A stretch of 63,062 nt of DNA, filler included, from Psammoneis japonica (GCA_008632985.1; 2 parts of 2 records of this genome joined end to end with filler, not necessarily neighbours in it), one strand, 5' to 3'; positions 11,401 through 22,199 are shown, counted from the whole stretch's first letter. The notes: a model not told the origin generated them from the sequence alone. Program-made: numbers and translations.

Positions 11401-12522
11401 TCCCTCAAGTTTCACAAAGGAGCGTGGAAGTCTTGTAATGTCATTGTTGCTCAAGTCCAGCCTTTGGAGATTTGACGCCAATGTCTGGTTCGTCTCTAGC
11501 GCTTTTCCAATGGCCACGGCACCCTTGTCACCAATGGAATTGTTGTTGAGATAAAGCTCCGTCAATGTTTTATTCTTTTCTAGCGCTTTTCCAATGGCCA
11601 CGGCACCCTTGTCTCCAATGGAATTTTTGTAGAGATAAAGCACCGTCAATGCTTTATTCGTCTCTAGCGCTTTTCCAATGGCCACGGCACCCTCGTCTCC
11701 AATGGAATTGTTGTCGAGATGAAGCTCCTTCAATGTTTTATTCGTCTCTAGCGCTTTTCCAATGGCCACGGCACCCTCGTCTCCAATGGAATTGCTGTTG
11801 AGATCAAGCACCGTCAATGCTTTATTCGTCTCTAGCGCTTTTCCAATGGCCACGGCACCCTCGTCTCCAATGGAATTGTTGTCGAGATGTAGTGTCGTCA
11901 ATGTTTTATTCGTCTCTAGCGCTTTTCCAATGGCCACGGCACCCTCGTCTCCAATGGAATTGTTGTCGAGATAAAGCACCGTCAATGCTTTATTCGTCTC
12001 TAGCGCTTTTCCAATGGCCGTGGCACCCTCGACTCCAATGGAATTGCTGAAGAGATGAAGCTCCATCAGCGTTGTATTCATTTCTAGCGCTTTTCCAATG
12101 GCCACGGCACCCTTGTCTCCAATGGAATTGTTGTAGAGATAAATCTTCGTCAATGTTGTATTCATTTCAAGCGCTTTTCCAATGGCCGTGGCACCCTCGA
12201 CTCCAATGGAATTGATGTCGAGACCAAGCCCCGTCAATGTTTTATTCGTTTCTAGTGCTTTTCCAATGGACGCGGCACCCTCATCTCCAATGGAATTGTT
12301 GCCGAGATTAAGCACCTTCAATGTTGAATTCATTTCTAGCGTTTTTCCAATGCCCGCGGCTCCCTCGTCTCCAATGGAATTGCTGTTGAGATGAAGCCAC
12401 GCCAATGTTGGATCATTCTCTTGGAAGCGACGAATTTCCTCTTGCTCATAATAAGACAAAGCGACGACCCAATCCGCTGACAGGTCGATGCTGCTGGAAC
12501 TTGACGAAGACTGCTCTTGCAT
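8446..12522 (-). CDS. Roco protein: RI-type LRRs, ROC GTPase, COR, Cys cluster, C-terminal TIR domain; intronless
   Basis: 11 x 28-aa LRRs; P-loop GDGEAGKT, DCGGQ, SKVD; COR-like region; CHCC...CRNC; TIR motifs YVFLSHRG, TFMDD, IILSPKFLESRYCVMEL. Confidence 0.88.
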   Translation of the reverse strand: MQEQSSSSSSSIDLSADWVVALSYYEQEEIRRFQENDPTLAWLHLNSNSIGDEGAAGIGKTLEMNSTLKVLNLGNNSIGDEGAASIGKALETNKTLTGLGLDINSIGVEGATAIGKALEMNTTLTKIYLYNNSIGDKGAVAIGKALEMNTTLMELHLFSNSIGVEGATAIGKALETNKALTVLYLDNNSIGDEGAVAIGKALETNKTLTTLHLDNNSIGDEGAVAIGKALETNKALTVLDLNSNSIGDEGAVAIGKALETNKTLKELHLDNNSIGDEGAVAIGKALETNKALTVLYLYKNSIGDKGAVAIGKALEKNKTLTELYLNNNSIGDKGAVAIGKALETNQTLASNLQRLDLSNNDITRLPRSFVKLEGTCEYFNVIGNPLLEPPSEVAEQGLEAIARYFEAVDKGGAITSRQLKAVLVGDGEAGKTSLRNAIAGRFPARTEGEEERTIYLNVEPVQIDAPEGLSDDPITLMVYDCGGQQDYAVGQAPFMTASSLFLLVVAADKAHDDCYEDVVHRFLVLLQARAPGAVVQLVLSKVDLVPDELDEAERKQWLEERVRWLNDKVQGQLQAWRNAAAIREREQVALQDRVIAEDDSMERKKPPLLRILPNVLKVSVTSRSAIAGSQEQVSNTIFRHTQDHAEPRLSSVGTLIPKSWQELWKFFGAVLQCGTDADEEALFSVASSDDAIPLGEIGNMKTTTDGEMEIPAKGPYCSVKRLKSLWNKFRFLHSPLADDTTFGDALGLLEARGSIFVDAGLAYLQPSFVTDLIKPLIDHTLTPEKIESSEFGKEVETFVEICESKRIGLRQDIMEGLRDLTRSGELDALILPFLWRDFKIDQEDYRMILQMLLESDVVFASSPHPNSSTKEKASSRVSADVIPVVLFRLKKEIPSDWEDMWPERVPDEHEQRDLRFIMYRGCPTSLTAHFAAATHAYGNCVCACLNGAIVLDEKDRYIRSKLVEIDGGEPYLVFSVRYPKDDALREEIWGLLNGAVSFARDEVKDHFAGLQYDVVFACHCCVSAGRGQDSQLFGWSKVTNPDRRMSSHFCRNCRKNINFRVGEPIHNKIGRASRHKELLNQMMARVAHFPEAQEIGHDADGHCIQSPLADRKRTSDELSGPDASTNTAGERNVSGLYTQTLMDGIKTDVGELSMDEVPDPSSVWQVNLGGDPYVFLSHRGIDTKESIARPTRWFLTKRMGVKTFMDDGSLKTGEDQMHSLLEAAHTCSHAVIILSPKFLESRYCVMELNTFMMRRKRKNLKILSYLWKLDEVDRFAEAVKRMIYLEARIDDPARYLVGRLWPDLIERLKCDRDKPEWDDLSLKDELVRYVEEHRVDETTPPIPKSLEVFAHNIGPDKA
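11488..12411 (-). repeat. Coding tandem array of 11 x 84-bp LRR units
   Basis: Recurring gcgcttttccaatggccacggcaccctcgtctccaatggaattg at 84-bp spacing. Confidence 0.95.
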
Positions 12523-13049
12523 GTTTTTGAAAACGAGACTTGCTTCCAAGCAATCCAATCCCAGACAAGCAGCGCCAGTATCTTTTTTGTCTCACTCGAT
12601 TAATTGCGAAAGGCTGAGAGTCGTCCGTCACATTCGTTGGCTGCGTTGCCTCTCTGCGATGAAACCACTCGAATGGAGCAAATTTGTTGGTGTATCTGAC
12701 GAGAAGAGACAGTATAGTATCAAGGATCTGCAGTATAAAAGCTACACATATCTTGTGTAGGATCCTCTAGGAACGTTCATCGCGCGACTATGAAACCTTC
12801 TACTTCAAGGTGTGTCCTAAATAAAAAATAGGTAGCAGCTAGTACAATTTATTACGTGCCAAGGGCTCACTCGCCTCATTCAGCGAAGCACCGCGAGCGA
12901 GAAGAACATCAGCCATTGCTGCTGCTGATTTACTCGTTGCAATGGGTTGTACATCGGCGAAAGAGAGAAGTAAGTAATATGCACGATACATTGTGTATGT
13001 AAAGTATTTCATATTTATCACCTGTCATACTCACTAAATGTGTAGTTTC

Positions 13050-15594
13050 CTAATCCCCAGACGATCCGCCGGCACAGGGTTCATTGGCCTTTCCCTTGCA
13101 AGGGAACTTGGTGTGTTGGAGTGTTTTCCACTTGCGGCAGAACCGTTCCGCGTTGGAGCTACAGTGGTTTTGGAAGCAACCAACGATTGGTGGAGCCTGC
13201 TGTTGGATGAATTTTCTGGCTCCCTCTGTCACTGATGGCTGTCCTTGCTCGTGGCACTGCTCCCAAATCTTGACAACAATGTCTGGCTTTTCTGCCGTCT
13301 CCATTTTTCTCTTCTTCAGCTTGTGACGGTCTTCAAGGTCGTTGCCATCAGATCCTCTCTTTTTTTTGTTCGATGATTTTGATTTGACAAGCAAACTGTC
13401 ACCGGCAGCAACACCAGTGAGTGCACTGGCAGCAGCAGGTGCAACAATGTGCTCGCTCACACTTGCAATTTCGTTGAGTTTCATTTTCCAGGCTTGTCGT
13501 ACTTGAGAGGCTTGTTCGATTGGCAGTTTCGAGAGAACATCTTCCAGCGTAGCATTGGAGTCTCCAGCCCTGCGCCACTTCATTGCTTGATCAACCAAAA
13601 AAGTGATGTCCATTGCGCCTGGATGATTTGGAGGGATCATTGACTTTCGAAAAATAAAATCACAGGTGAGTTGTCCGATCGATTTTTGGAATGGAACTGC
13701 AGGGGCATTTGTCTGACTCAAGTTGCCTTCGCTTTCTCGCAGGACACACTTCCACTTTGATGGGACATGCTCCATGGGATCGTCATGAACAGCACCGACA
13801 TCCTTTGGCGACAATGCGTCCATGCGGCATTTTTCGGCATGCGTCAGGGTCTTGTGGCGAGCACTCTTCATGATGTCCACCATTGTTGCATCAGCCCACA
13901 CGCAGAACAGGTGAGCTGTCTTGCACAAGCTGTGCATTCCAAGCTTGACGTTGGGCTTGTTCAATGCTGTGCGAAACATTTTCTGATGACGAAGCGGGCA
14001 AAATTCAGGAAACTCTTCCTCCTCCCACAATGCAAGTCGAGCTGGATGTGGATCAGACTTTCCTTGAATTTGAGCAACTGACCCATGCACGCCCATTGCC
14101 GTCACGACGGTCAGGGTTGTGAGGAAATCGGATGTCTCCATCTCACTGAACTCATCTTGACGGAGGAAGAGGCGGATGGCAATGAGCATCATCACGAACA
14201 ACTGGAGGCCTTGTGTCGACGCGTTCCAGGTCTAGGTGGGACCTCGTACTACTGAACTGTGACATCGATAGTTTTTTGAATCACGTCGTATGTCGCGCAC
14301 GTAGATTTCTACGTGATTTTTTCGATATTTTGTGTCATTTTTACGGTACACTTATTGAGCGATCCGTCCAACAACTTTTGACATTTTTTGTTACAGCGCG
14401 ATTCTATAATGTCTTAAGAATCGCGTAGGGCAGGCGCATTTGCAAAAACGTCGAGTGGCAAGAGGCATAATTGTACCACAAACTTGGCAGTTTATTTGAT
14501 GTTGAAGATAAATATATCCATTAATTAAATTCTCGTACTACGGAGCTCGCACGTAGAATTCTACGGGCCCAATGTCACACGGAGTCCCACCTAGGACTGG
14601 AACCCGTCTGTCATGTTGCTCGAGAGGAGGTGGTTTCGGAGCAGGCGTGTGTCCTTGGGCAAGAACTGTTCGCAACCGCAGCTCTTGTGTTTCGCCCCAT
14701 CCTTCTTGTTTTTTGCACGCGACAATTGTTCCATGCCTCAGAGCACACAGGACTTCCTTTGCAGCGAAGCTTTGGATGCCCCGAATGTGCATCGCAGCCC
14801 TTGAATCGGTCCTCTGGTGGAAGACGAATGCAGTCAGCGCAATGATTCTGCAGTTTGCCGCACTGATCGTGAATCTCATGGAGTGTGTTCACTGCTGTGC
14901 ACAAGCCGGTGACACAATCTGGATCCTTCCACTCACCTGTGCATTCGATGGGAGCACCGCGCACATCTTTCACAATCTCATCATCGTCTCCCCGCAAAAG
15001 AACGCCCTTCTCATGACGCTTGCACTTGCAGAAAAGCACGATGCTCTTTGGGTCCATTGAAACGCAGTTTTTTGGTGCGTGCTCATGCAACATTGACAAA
15101 GAATCGCAGTCGCCAACAAGAATGAGGAAACGGCCAAGATTGCCCAGCACGCCATTGTGCTTTTGCTTGCTCTTCTTTTTGCAGCACCTGGTGCCAAGCC
15201 ATTTTTCAGCCTTCTCGTTGGACATCGTCAGTCCCATCTTTTCAGCCGCCTCGACTGTCTTTTCCTTTGCCATTGCCATGGCAGCAGCACTCGGAAGCGG
15301 CGCTCCATGCTTGATTTTGAAACGACCATTGTCATTGTCAGCATGAGTTCGATCAAAGCAACGGTTGCTGTGCGAGAAGGGGGCCAGAGCTCGCGTTGCC
15401 ATGGTGATTCTGGGCTTTTGTTTCCACTCGTTGTGCTCTCGAGGTTGCTTTGTTTGCTTTTTCACACATTTCAAACCTTGGTCGATGGCGCAATTTGGCT
15501 CGAGTCCACATGAACTTGTCAAACAAAAGTTGTGCTCGCTTTCAGTCATGGACTTAAAACACCAATTTCCCTCAAGTGGGTCAGTTTGGGGCAA
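13050..15594 (-). mobile_element. Degenerate tyrosine-recombinase element (Crypton-like), split by a MITE
   Basis: ORFs 14611-15594 and 13050-14201 flank the MITE. Motifs LFLRQDE (R), QGKSD (K), HSLCKT (HxxR degraded) and ARHKTLTHAEKC (H...Y with Y>C). No Tyr in either ORF. True element ends not found. Confidence 0.65.
14218..14608 (+). mobile_element. MITE copy 1 (391 bp), TpA-intact
   Basis: Imperfect TIRs GACGCGTTCCAGGTCTAGGTGGGAC / GTCCCACCTAGGACTGGAACCCGTC; 4-bp TSD TGTC. Confidence 0.92.
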
Positions 15595-15892
15595 GAAGGA
15601 TTACTTGACACCGGCCATTTCAAACTCGTGGGTGGGTTGGGTCAGTCGCGGGGCAGGCGCTATGTATTTGACAGGGGAGGATCCTGTATTCCCCTTGTTG
15701 TTACGGTCTACAGTACAGTAAACACTCAAAATGCCGGGGAGAGAAACGGAAGGATGCGACGATTGTGACGCGTGATGACGCTCGGACGAAGGTCAGGGTT
15801 GTGTGTGCTTTTTCAAGCACCCAACACAAAAGACACGCATACAAGAGACAAGAATGCCGCGACGACGCCGGCACCCACCGCAAACGACAACA

Positions 15893-17140
15893 ATGGGACG
15901 TCTTACGGAACGTCAGCAACTGAAAAAGCTCCAGGAGGAAGCTGCTACTGCTGCCAACAAGGCTCAAGAGGAGGAGCAGCAAGCTACAAAGGAAGAAGAA
16001 GAGATTCCAAAACGCAGAAATCCTTCAAGGACCACAAAAAAAGAAACAGCAACGAGCAGTCAAGAAGACAACGACGACATGGACGACGTGTTTAACGTGG
16101 ACGATAGTGACGACGAAGAAGTTGATGATGAACCCGTAGTTTCAAAGACGAGGAAACGCCTTCAAAGAGGACGAACGAAAAAGAGAAAGGCACCAGATAC
16201 CGACGAAAAGGAGGAATCAAACAAGGAACAAGAAGAAGCGTCCGCGACAAAACCAGGCATGATTCCTCGACTCAAAAAGAAAAAGCTCGAAAACCCAGAG
16301 GAGGGTTCCAAATCAGACATGACGCTGATATCAAAGTCACTTCAACAGCAGCAACCCATGATGCCAGCAAAGCCTCCTGTACCGAAACCCAGCGCACCGA
16401 AACCTACAGACCAGCAACAGACTGGAAAGAACCGGCCGAGTACCAACCGAGCTGCAAACAACGCTCCTCCACCACGAGAATCTCCTCGGCCGCAGGTGGA
16501 CCTCACTGGGAATGCCCCGCAGCCACCGTCGAAGCAGGCTCCTGAGGAAACGAAAGTTATCGAGCCAAACTACAAGCTTCTGGAAAAGCTCGTGTCGGAC
16601 GTGATGAAAGACGTTCCGAGGATGGAGTCAAAAACTCGAGCGATTGACCTGTCAGGCTCCTTTCTTTATGACGAGGAAAGTCGATATGACTTTTACGATG
16701 TTAACGACAAGGACGAGATTGTGATTCAGCCTCAGCTACCAATGTTTCCGGAAGACTTTCCTCCCGGCAAGAAGGAATGGCCCTTGTCTTGGTGGGGTAT
16801 TGTGGATCCCATGCTTGCGCCAAAAAGCAATACACCAAAACCCGCTGATTCTGCACCAGGATACGAACAAGATTGGCAGAATCGTCCCCAAGGACCACCA
16901 CCACCACACTTTCGTGAAGCTTGGCAGCGTAACGTACCTCCACACGCACAGCAGCAACAACCTCCTTGGCCTCATCATGGCCGCATGGATGGAGGTATGC
17001 GTGGCGGACCTGATCCACGAGGATGGGAAGATCGTGGCAGAAGGGGTGGGGAAGGTCCCCCACCACCAGGCTGGAATCCCGGGCCCCGTACGGATGGGCG
17101 TCGCCCCGATTATCCTCCCGGTCGTGGCCCAAGAGGTTGA
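15893..17140 (+). CDS. Disordered Lys/Glu/Pro-rich protein with RGG-like C-terminus, function unknown
   Basis: Long ORF starting MGRLTERQQLKKL, with ordered-looking patch FPEDFPPGKKEWPLSWWGI; normal TpA content. Confidence 0.75.
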   Translation: MGRLTERQQLKKLQEEAATAANKAQEEEQQATKEEEEIPKRRNPSRTTKKETATSSQEDNDDMDDVFNVDDSDDEEVDDEPVVSKTRKRLQRGRTKKRKAPDTDEKEESNKEQEEASATKPGMIPRLKKKKLENPEEGSKSDMTLISKSLQQQQPMMPAKPPVPKPSAPKPTDQQQTGKNRPSTNRAANNAPPPRESPRPQVDLTGNAPQPPSKQAPEETKVIEPNYKLLEKLVSDVMKDVPRMESKTRAIDLSGSFLYDEESRYDFYDVNDKDEIVIQPQLPMFPEDFPPGKKEWPLSWWGIVDPMLAPKSNTPKPADSAPGYEQDWQNRPQGPPPPHFREAWQRNVPPHAQQQQPPWPHHGRMDGGMRGGPDPRGWEDRGRRGGEGPPPPGWNPGPRTDGRRPDYPPGRGPRG

Positions 17141-17251
17141 GGTGTGATTTATAGTCTACAACGAGCTCTGATAGACAAATAATGCAACCTGTTCAATATT
17201 TCTAAAATATCTCTTGACGCTATTTTGTCGTTTAAAAGAAGTAAAAGAACC

Positions 17252-20200
17252 TCACGGCAAAATCGATTCACCCAAGCTGACGCCGGAACCGAAAACCTTT
17301 AGAAACGGATATGTACGACACATTCGCTCAATGATTTGGAGTTGCTGTTGAACGCTCACCGGGCCTTGAAGCGGCGGAAACAAGAAACAATGGATCAAAA
17401 GACGAGTCAAAACATTTGTGAGGGTCATTTTGGAAAACAATAGGACGATACGATTTTCCCCCTCCTACCTCGTTCTCCCGCGAGCTCGGCGAGATCCTCT
17501 GACACATGGCGCCGTATTGTTGGTGAAAAACGCCTTTGGTCTCGCCAAAGAATAGTTCTACATAAATGAATGTGGAGAACCAGCATACCCAAGTCATCGG
17601 CACTAAGGACGCTCTGGTTTGAGTCTCCATGAGCAACTGTCGTCTGATATGGGTGCATGGATTGATAATCCTCTCGCCAACCCAAAGGTGGCGGTGCGGT
17701 GGGAGGGTTGTCACGCATGACTAATAGTCTCTCAATGTCGAGAATTACATGGCGAAAGGATGCATACGTCTCTTCCCTACTACGTCCCAACTTGAACAAG
17801 GCATAAAACAAGACACGAAAGGCATGCTTGGCGGTGTAGAGTACCAAGAGAGCCGGTGTTACAGCCGCAAGATTGATGTTGATCTCGTTGGAAGACATCA
17901 TTTCATCCATTGCGTAAAGCGCGTTCATGAGTTCCTGAAAGGCAAAAAGAAAGACTCAAGTCAGAAGGACTCCGTAGTTCTTGGATTGTGACATATTCCG
18001 AGTTTCTCAGTAGAAGCATGGGTGCCTTACCTTCTTAATGAATTGGATTTCAATCAACGACATTCGCACAACGCTATTGATCTCGAATATGGTTTTGATA
18101 CTTTCTTCCTTCACAAAAGAAACATCAATTCAGAAAGGCTGCGTAGTTCTTGGATGTGACGAGTTTATTCAGGTAGAACCTTACCTTCTTTTTTTCAATC
18201 AGCGAAAAGTCCATCTTGTCAGCCCTAGCCTGGCGCTCTATCTCATCCATTTCAGGGTATGTTTCGTCCAACCAACTCCTAATCATGTTCTTGCAACTGG
18301 CGATGGCATCCATTCTTGCTTGGCGGTCACTGATTGTCTCGCGATCTTGTCGTGTAAAAAGTTCGTAAAACCTTGATGGAAGCAAAAGCAGAGAAGAACA
18401 CGTCAGACGCGAGTAAGCAATGAGCGCTGCTCTCGAAAAATCACGAAAACAAATCATCGAACAGTTGCACTTACACAGCTCTCAGGGGTTCCGAAACATG
18501 ATCTTGATAAAATGATGTTATTGTGTGTAGTACGTGTTTGGCAAGACGCGCTGCTTTTCCTTCCTCCAGCAACGTGCGGACGACATAGTTCAGTAGCGGC
18601 ACTCCTACCCCCACGACGTACCAGTTTCTCCGAAACCTCGACAGTGGCTTTAACTTTCCCCTCCGACGGTTTCGCTGTGCTTCGAGTATCACTTCCATGG
18701 AATCGAGTAGCTCGGAGACCTCTGAGGCCATGAGTGGGAGGTCTGATATGGTTACCTCTCGGCTTTCTTTATTTCGCGGTAACTCTTCACCGCCTACAAT
18801 TAAATCATCCTCCACTGTGCCTGGACTCGTGTATGTTGCCCAGGCTGGAAGACTGTCTCCCTCGCTGTCGTCCTTCGATTTGACAGAAGCCCCGTCGGAT
18901 AGTTGAGACGACGCGGAGTATTCTTCCCGAACTTCATCGTCTTTGGACCAATTGCTTGCAAACGGTAGAGGCATTGAATTTGATCTACCCATGGCCCCAT
19001 AAAGACTACCACGAACAAGGCGCATTGCATCGACGGACCATGCCGCCAGTGCAGGATCGTCCTTTACAATCTCCCCGCCACGTGTGTTTTTCACCTGCAT
19101 GTTTGTATCGCCGTAGTAGGCGGGATGGATTTGCTCCTCCTGCTCTGCATCCTTCTCTACATTCGAAAGTAAGTCTTTATCATCGAGGGTTCCTCCGATC
19201 AGGAGTGATCGACGGCGAAAGCGATGTGCTGCTAGTTTTGTAAATTCTGCTTCAGAGGTTAAGCGTTTAGAGTCGTTTGATCTCCGTCTCGTTGGACTGG
19301 TCTCCTCCATAGTACCATCCCCACCAGCAATTTGGGCCCACTAAAGCGAGCGAAAATATCATTAGACACAGGAATCGTACTGCGTTTATGATTCGACAAG
19401 TCAGATCTTACTTGTTCACCCTGGCCAAGAACACCCCATTGGGCCACGCCTTTTCGCCAACCAGCACGGAGCAAGTGCTGCTGAAGCTCCCCAATAGAAG
19501 CGCAACGCCGGGCAAGCACCGCCTGAATTTGCGAGACTCTCTGACCAATTGCTTGATGATTGTACCCTTCCTCTGAGAACCACACTGACAATGCCAGAAT
19601 TAGAAAAGTGAGTGAGGCCAGGCACACAAGCGTGAGGTGTTTCCAATGCACAAGCAACTCACCCCACGGACCGGCTTCCAGCCAAGAAAGTAGTGGACGC
19701 TCCCATCTAATCGTCCAATAATTCAATGCATGATGCAACTCACTGGCCTCTATTAGCGTCAGGTCCCGCAGCGCTCTGATACTACCCTCAGCGAGCTTCT
19801 GGGCGGTTTCAACGCTCTTCACTTGCTTGTTCCTCTGTCGTGCAGGTGCTTCATCCGGCAAACTCGAGTTTGAATGTTCACGCAACATCGGAGCACCCTT
19901 TGATGCAGCGGAAACCGGTAACTCGATGTTATTTTCTGCCGAATCAATCCTTGGTAATTCTTCATCCGGCATATTGTGCACGTGAACCAAGAGGGAGCGG
20001 ACGTCCGATAAAGGTGAAGGACGATCGTGAACGCCTCTAGCATTACTGTAAGGGTTCTTCAACAACCACTCCAGTTCCGGATACTTTAACTTTATCTTTG
20101 AAGCTCTTTGTCGCCATTCTTTCTTATCCAATGCGGCAGGTGATGGTGCGGCAGTCAGAACCTCGGTCGTTTCATAGTCCCGCACGGAGGGCGAAGAGGA

Positions 20201-20419
20201 ATCCGTGTACAGCGAGGAAACGAGGCCAGACAAGGTCGACTGCGTCTGATCATAGGCGTACCACAATGAGTTAGTAGCATACGAAAAGTAACCTTCATCG
20301 TTCACAGCATCTCTTGATGGCTCAAGATTCATCTGGTTGGGAGTGTTTTGTTCTGTGGTAGACCCATACGCCCAATCGATGCCTTTGTTTGTGACCTCAT
20401 GAAGCTTTGTCGCCACCAT
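17252..20419 (-). CDS. NCA2: NCA2/DGS1-family mitochondrial membrane protein, multi-exon
   Basis: Segments RRNWY, FYQDHVSEPL, AMDEMMSSNEININLAAVTPA, DDLGMLVLHIH, EDLAEL, QLQIIERMCRTYPFL across several minus-strand ORFs; exon borders not all resolved. Confidence 0.75.
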
Positions 20420-20852
20420 ATTCAAGCAGAGCAGTGAATCTATTACTGTGTGTCCTTAAAGAACTCCAAGGGTACGTAGACCTTGCCCAAGAATGCTCAT
20501 TGCTAGAGATACAAGCCACCGGTTTCAGGTTGACACCATGACACCGCCATGCCATTTTGCTTTTGCTTTGATGTCGGGCGCCGGGCGCCGGGCGCAGTCG
20601 GGCAGTCCTCGATCGCGCGCACTGCGCATCGGCATTCCGTCCAGGTCAATGACGTACATATGACGTCACGGCAATTTTTCAAAAGATGCATGAGCGAGAA
20701 AACGCGCGGGAATTCGGTCGAAAAAGGTGATCATCGACACAAGACGATGAATGAATGAGCCTTTCTTCTCATAATTTTATTCTGTATGGTAAAAAGAGAC
20801 GAACTAAAACAACATCAACGAAGCAACAGGAAACTTGAAAAAGCTTCAGTAA

Positions 20853-22199
20853 ATGATAAGAAAAGCCCTCAGCATATCATTCTTGACCTACGCACGCCCA
20901 CCTATTTTCGTCGGCGCCTTTGCAGCAACGAGCAAGCTTCATTCTTCTTTTGTGACTGCTGATATCCCCACGAGAACCATGTCGACACAGCCACGCGACT
21001 GGCAGACTCTTCTATCCGACAAATCCTATGATATCGAGTTCAACGGATACCTCTCGAACCATGTCAAGCACGCCGTGATTGCCCTTCACGGGCTTGAGGC
21101 ACCTCCTGCAAGAGTCGAGGAATATTGGGATAACTACGTTAAGACTACTCCTTACGATTTGACGGTTGAACCAGTTTCCACACCATGGGATCAAGTGTCA
21201 CCGGTTACGGCGGAAGAATTCGAAAGCCTTCGCGGCAAGAAGGAGAAATGGCAAGAGCAGTGTGTCTTTCTTGAGAATGAGTTACGTGACAAGTTTAATG
21301 GCGACGTGAATGCCTTACTAAAGCAATACGCGCCACCTACTCTGCCAGGAATGGCAGCTGCATTGACACATGGTATTATTCATTTGGGATGGGCCATTGA
21401 CTCTGGGAATACTTGGATGATAATCGAAGGTCTGGCCTACATCAATTTTGCCTATGTTGGTTTGCCGGAGGACTCTCTGGTGTCACGTGCACATGCTTAT
21501 GAAACACCAATTGCGTCTTTGACAAGAATCGCCAGCGAGTTTCATACAAACAACTTGAAAGATACTTGGATTGAAGCTACCAAGAAACGATATGGCAAAG
21601 ACTCTGGATTTCACAAAGAGCTCATTCCGGCTGGTTTTCAATGGGAGTTGAGCAAGGTCCTTGCGCATCCTCATCAAGTCGCCACAAACTTGCCGTCCTG
21701 GTTGGATGATTTGGAGCTTGACTCTTTATGGGAAGAATTGTATCGAATGAGCACCATTGTGTACTGGGCAACTCGTGACGGCCAAGGAAACGGAAACTTC
21801 CTCGTCCTTCACTTGATTACAAGTTTGTGGGGAGCGGAACAGGTGTCAAAGGTTATTGCCGAAGAGAATACCACGAGGGAGGCGCTCAAACGCTACTTTG
21901 CCGTCTTGGTTTGTTTGTTGGCCACTTCGGCCGGTGGATTTCCAACTACAGAGGCCTTGGATGCTGCGGCTCTTGATCTTTCATCTCAGCCCAATGAAAA
22001 TTTGGCGCAAGACGAAAGCTTGTGGGCAAGTGTCGTGGCAAAGGCTTTGCCTGAAGAGGAAGAGCACAATATCAAGCTTGTATATGTAATGAGAGAGTTG
22101 TGGCGTCGATACCACGGCTGGAGTGCATACCGGAGGGCAGCCAACGCTTTTACGCTAACGCCTAACATAAGCCCAGCACAGACTGATTTCAAGGCATGA
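20853..22199 (+). CDS. Questin oxidase-like (DUF4243/HypA-type) oxidoreductase
   Basis: Conserved His motifs LSNHVKH, ALTHGIIHLGWA, NFLVLHLITS, EEHNIKLVY; N-terminal extension resembles a targeting peptide. Confidence 0.75.
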   Translation: MIRKALSISFLTYARPPIFVGAFAATSKLHSSFVTADIPTRTMSTQPRDWQTLLSDKSYDIEFNGYLSNHVKHAVIALHGLEAPPARVEEYWDNYVKTTPYDLTVEPVSTPWDQVSPVTAEEFESLRGKKEKWQEQCVFLENELRDKFNGDVNALLKQYAPPTLPGMAAALTHGIIHLGWAIDSGNTWMIIEGLAYINFAYVGLPEDSLVSRAHAYETPIASLTRIASEFHTNNLKDTWIEATKKRYGKDSGFHKELIPAGFQWELSKVLAHPHQVATNLPSWLDDLELDSLWEELYRMSTIVYWATRDGQGNGNFLVLHLITSLWGAEQVSKVIAEENTTREALKRYFAVLVCLLATSAGGFPTTEALDAAALDLSSQPNENLAQDESLWASVVAKALPEEEEHNIKLVYVMRELWRRYHGWSAYRRAANAFTLTPNISPAQTDFKA

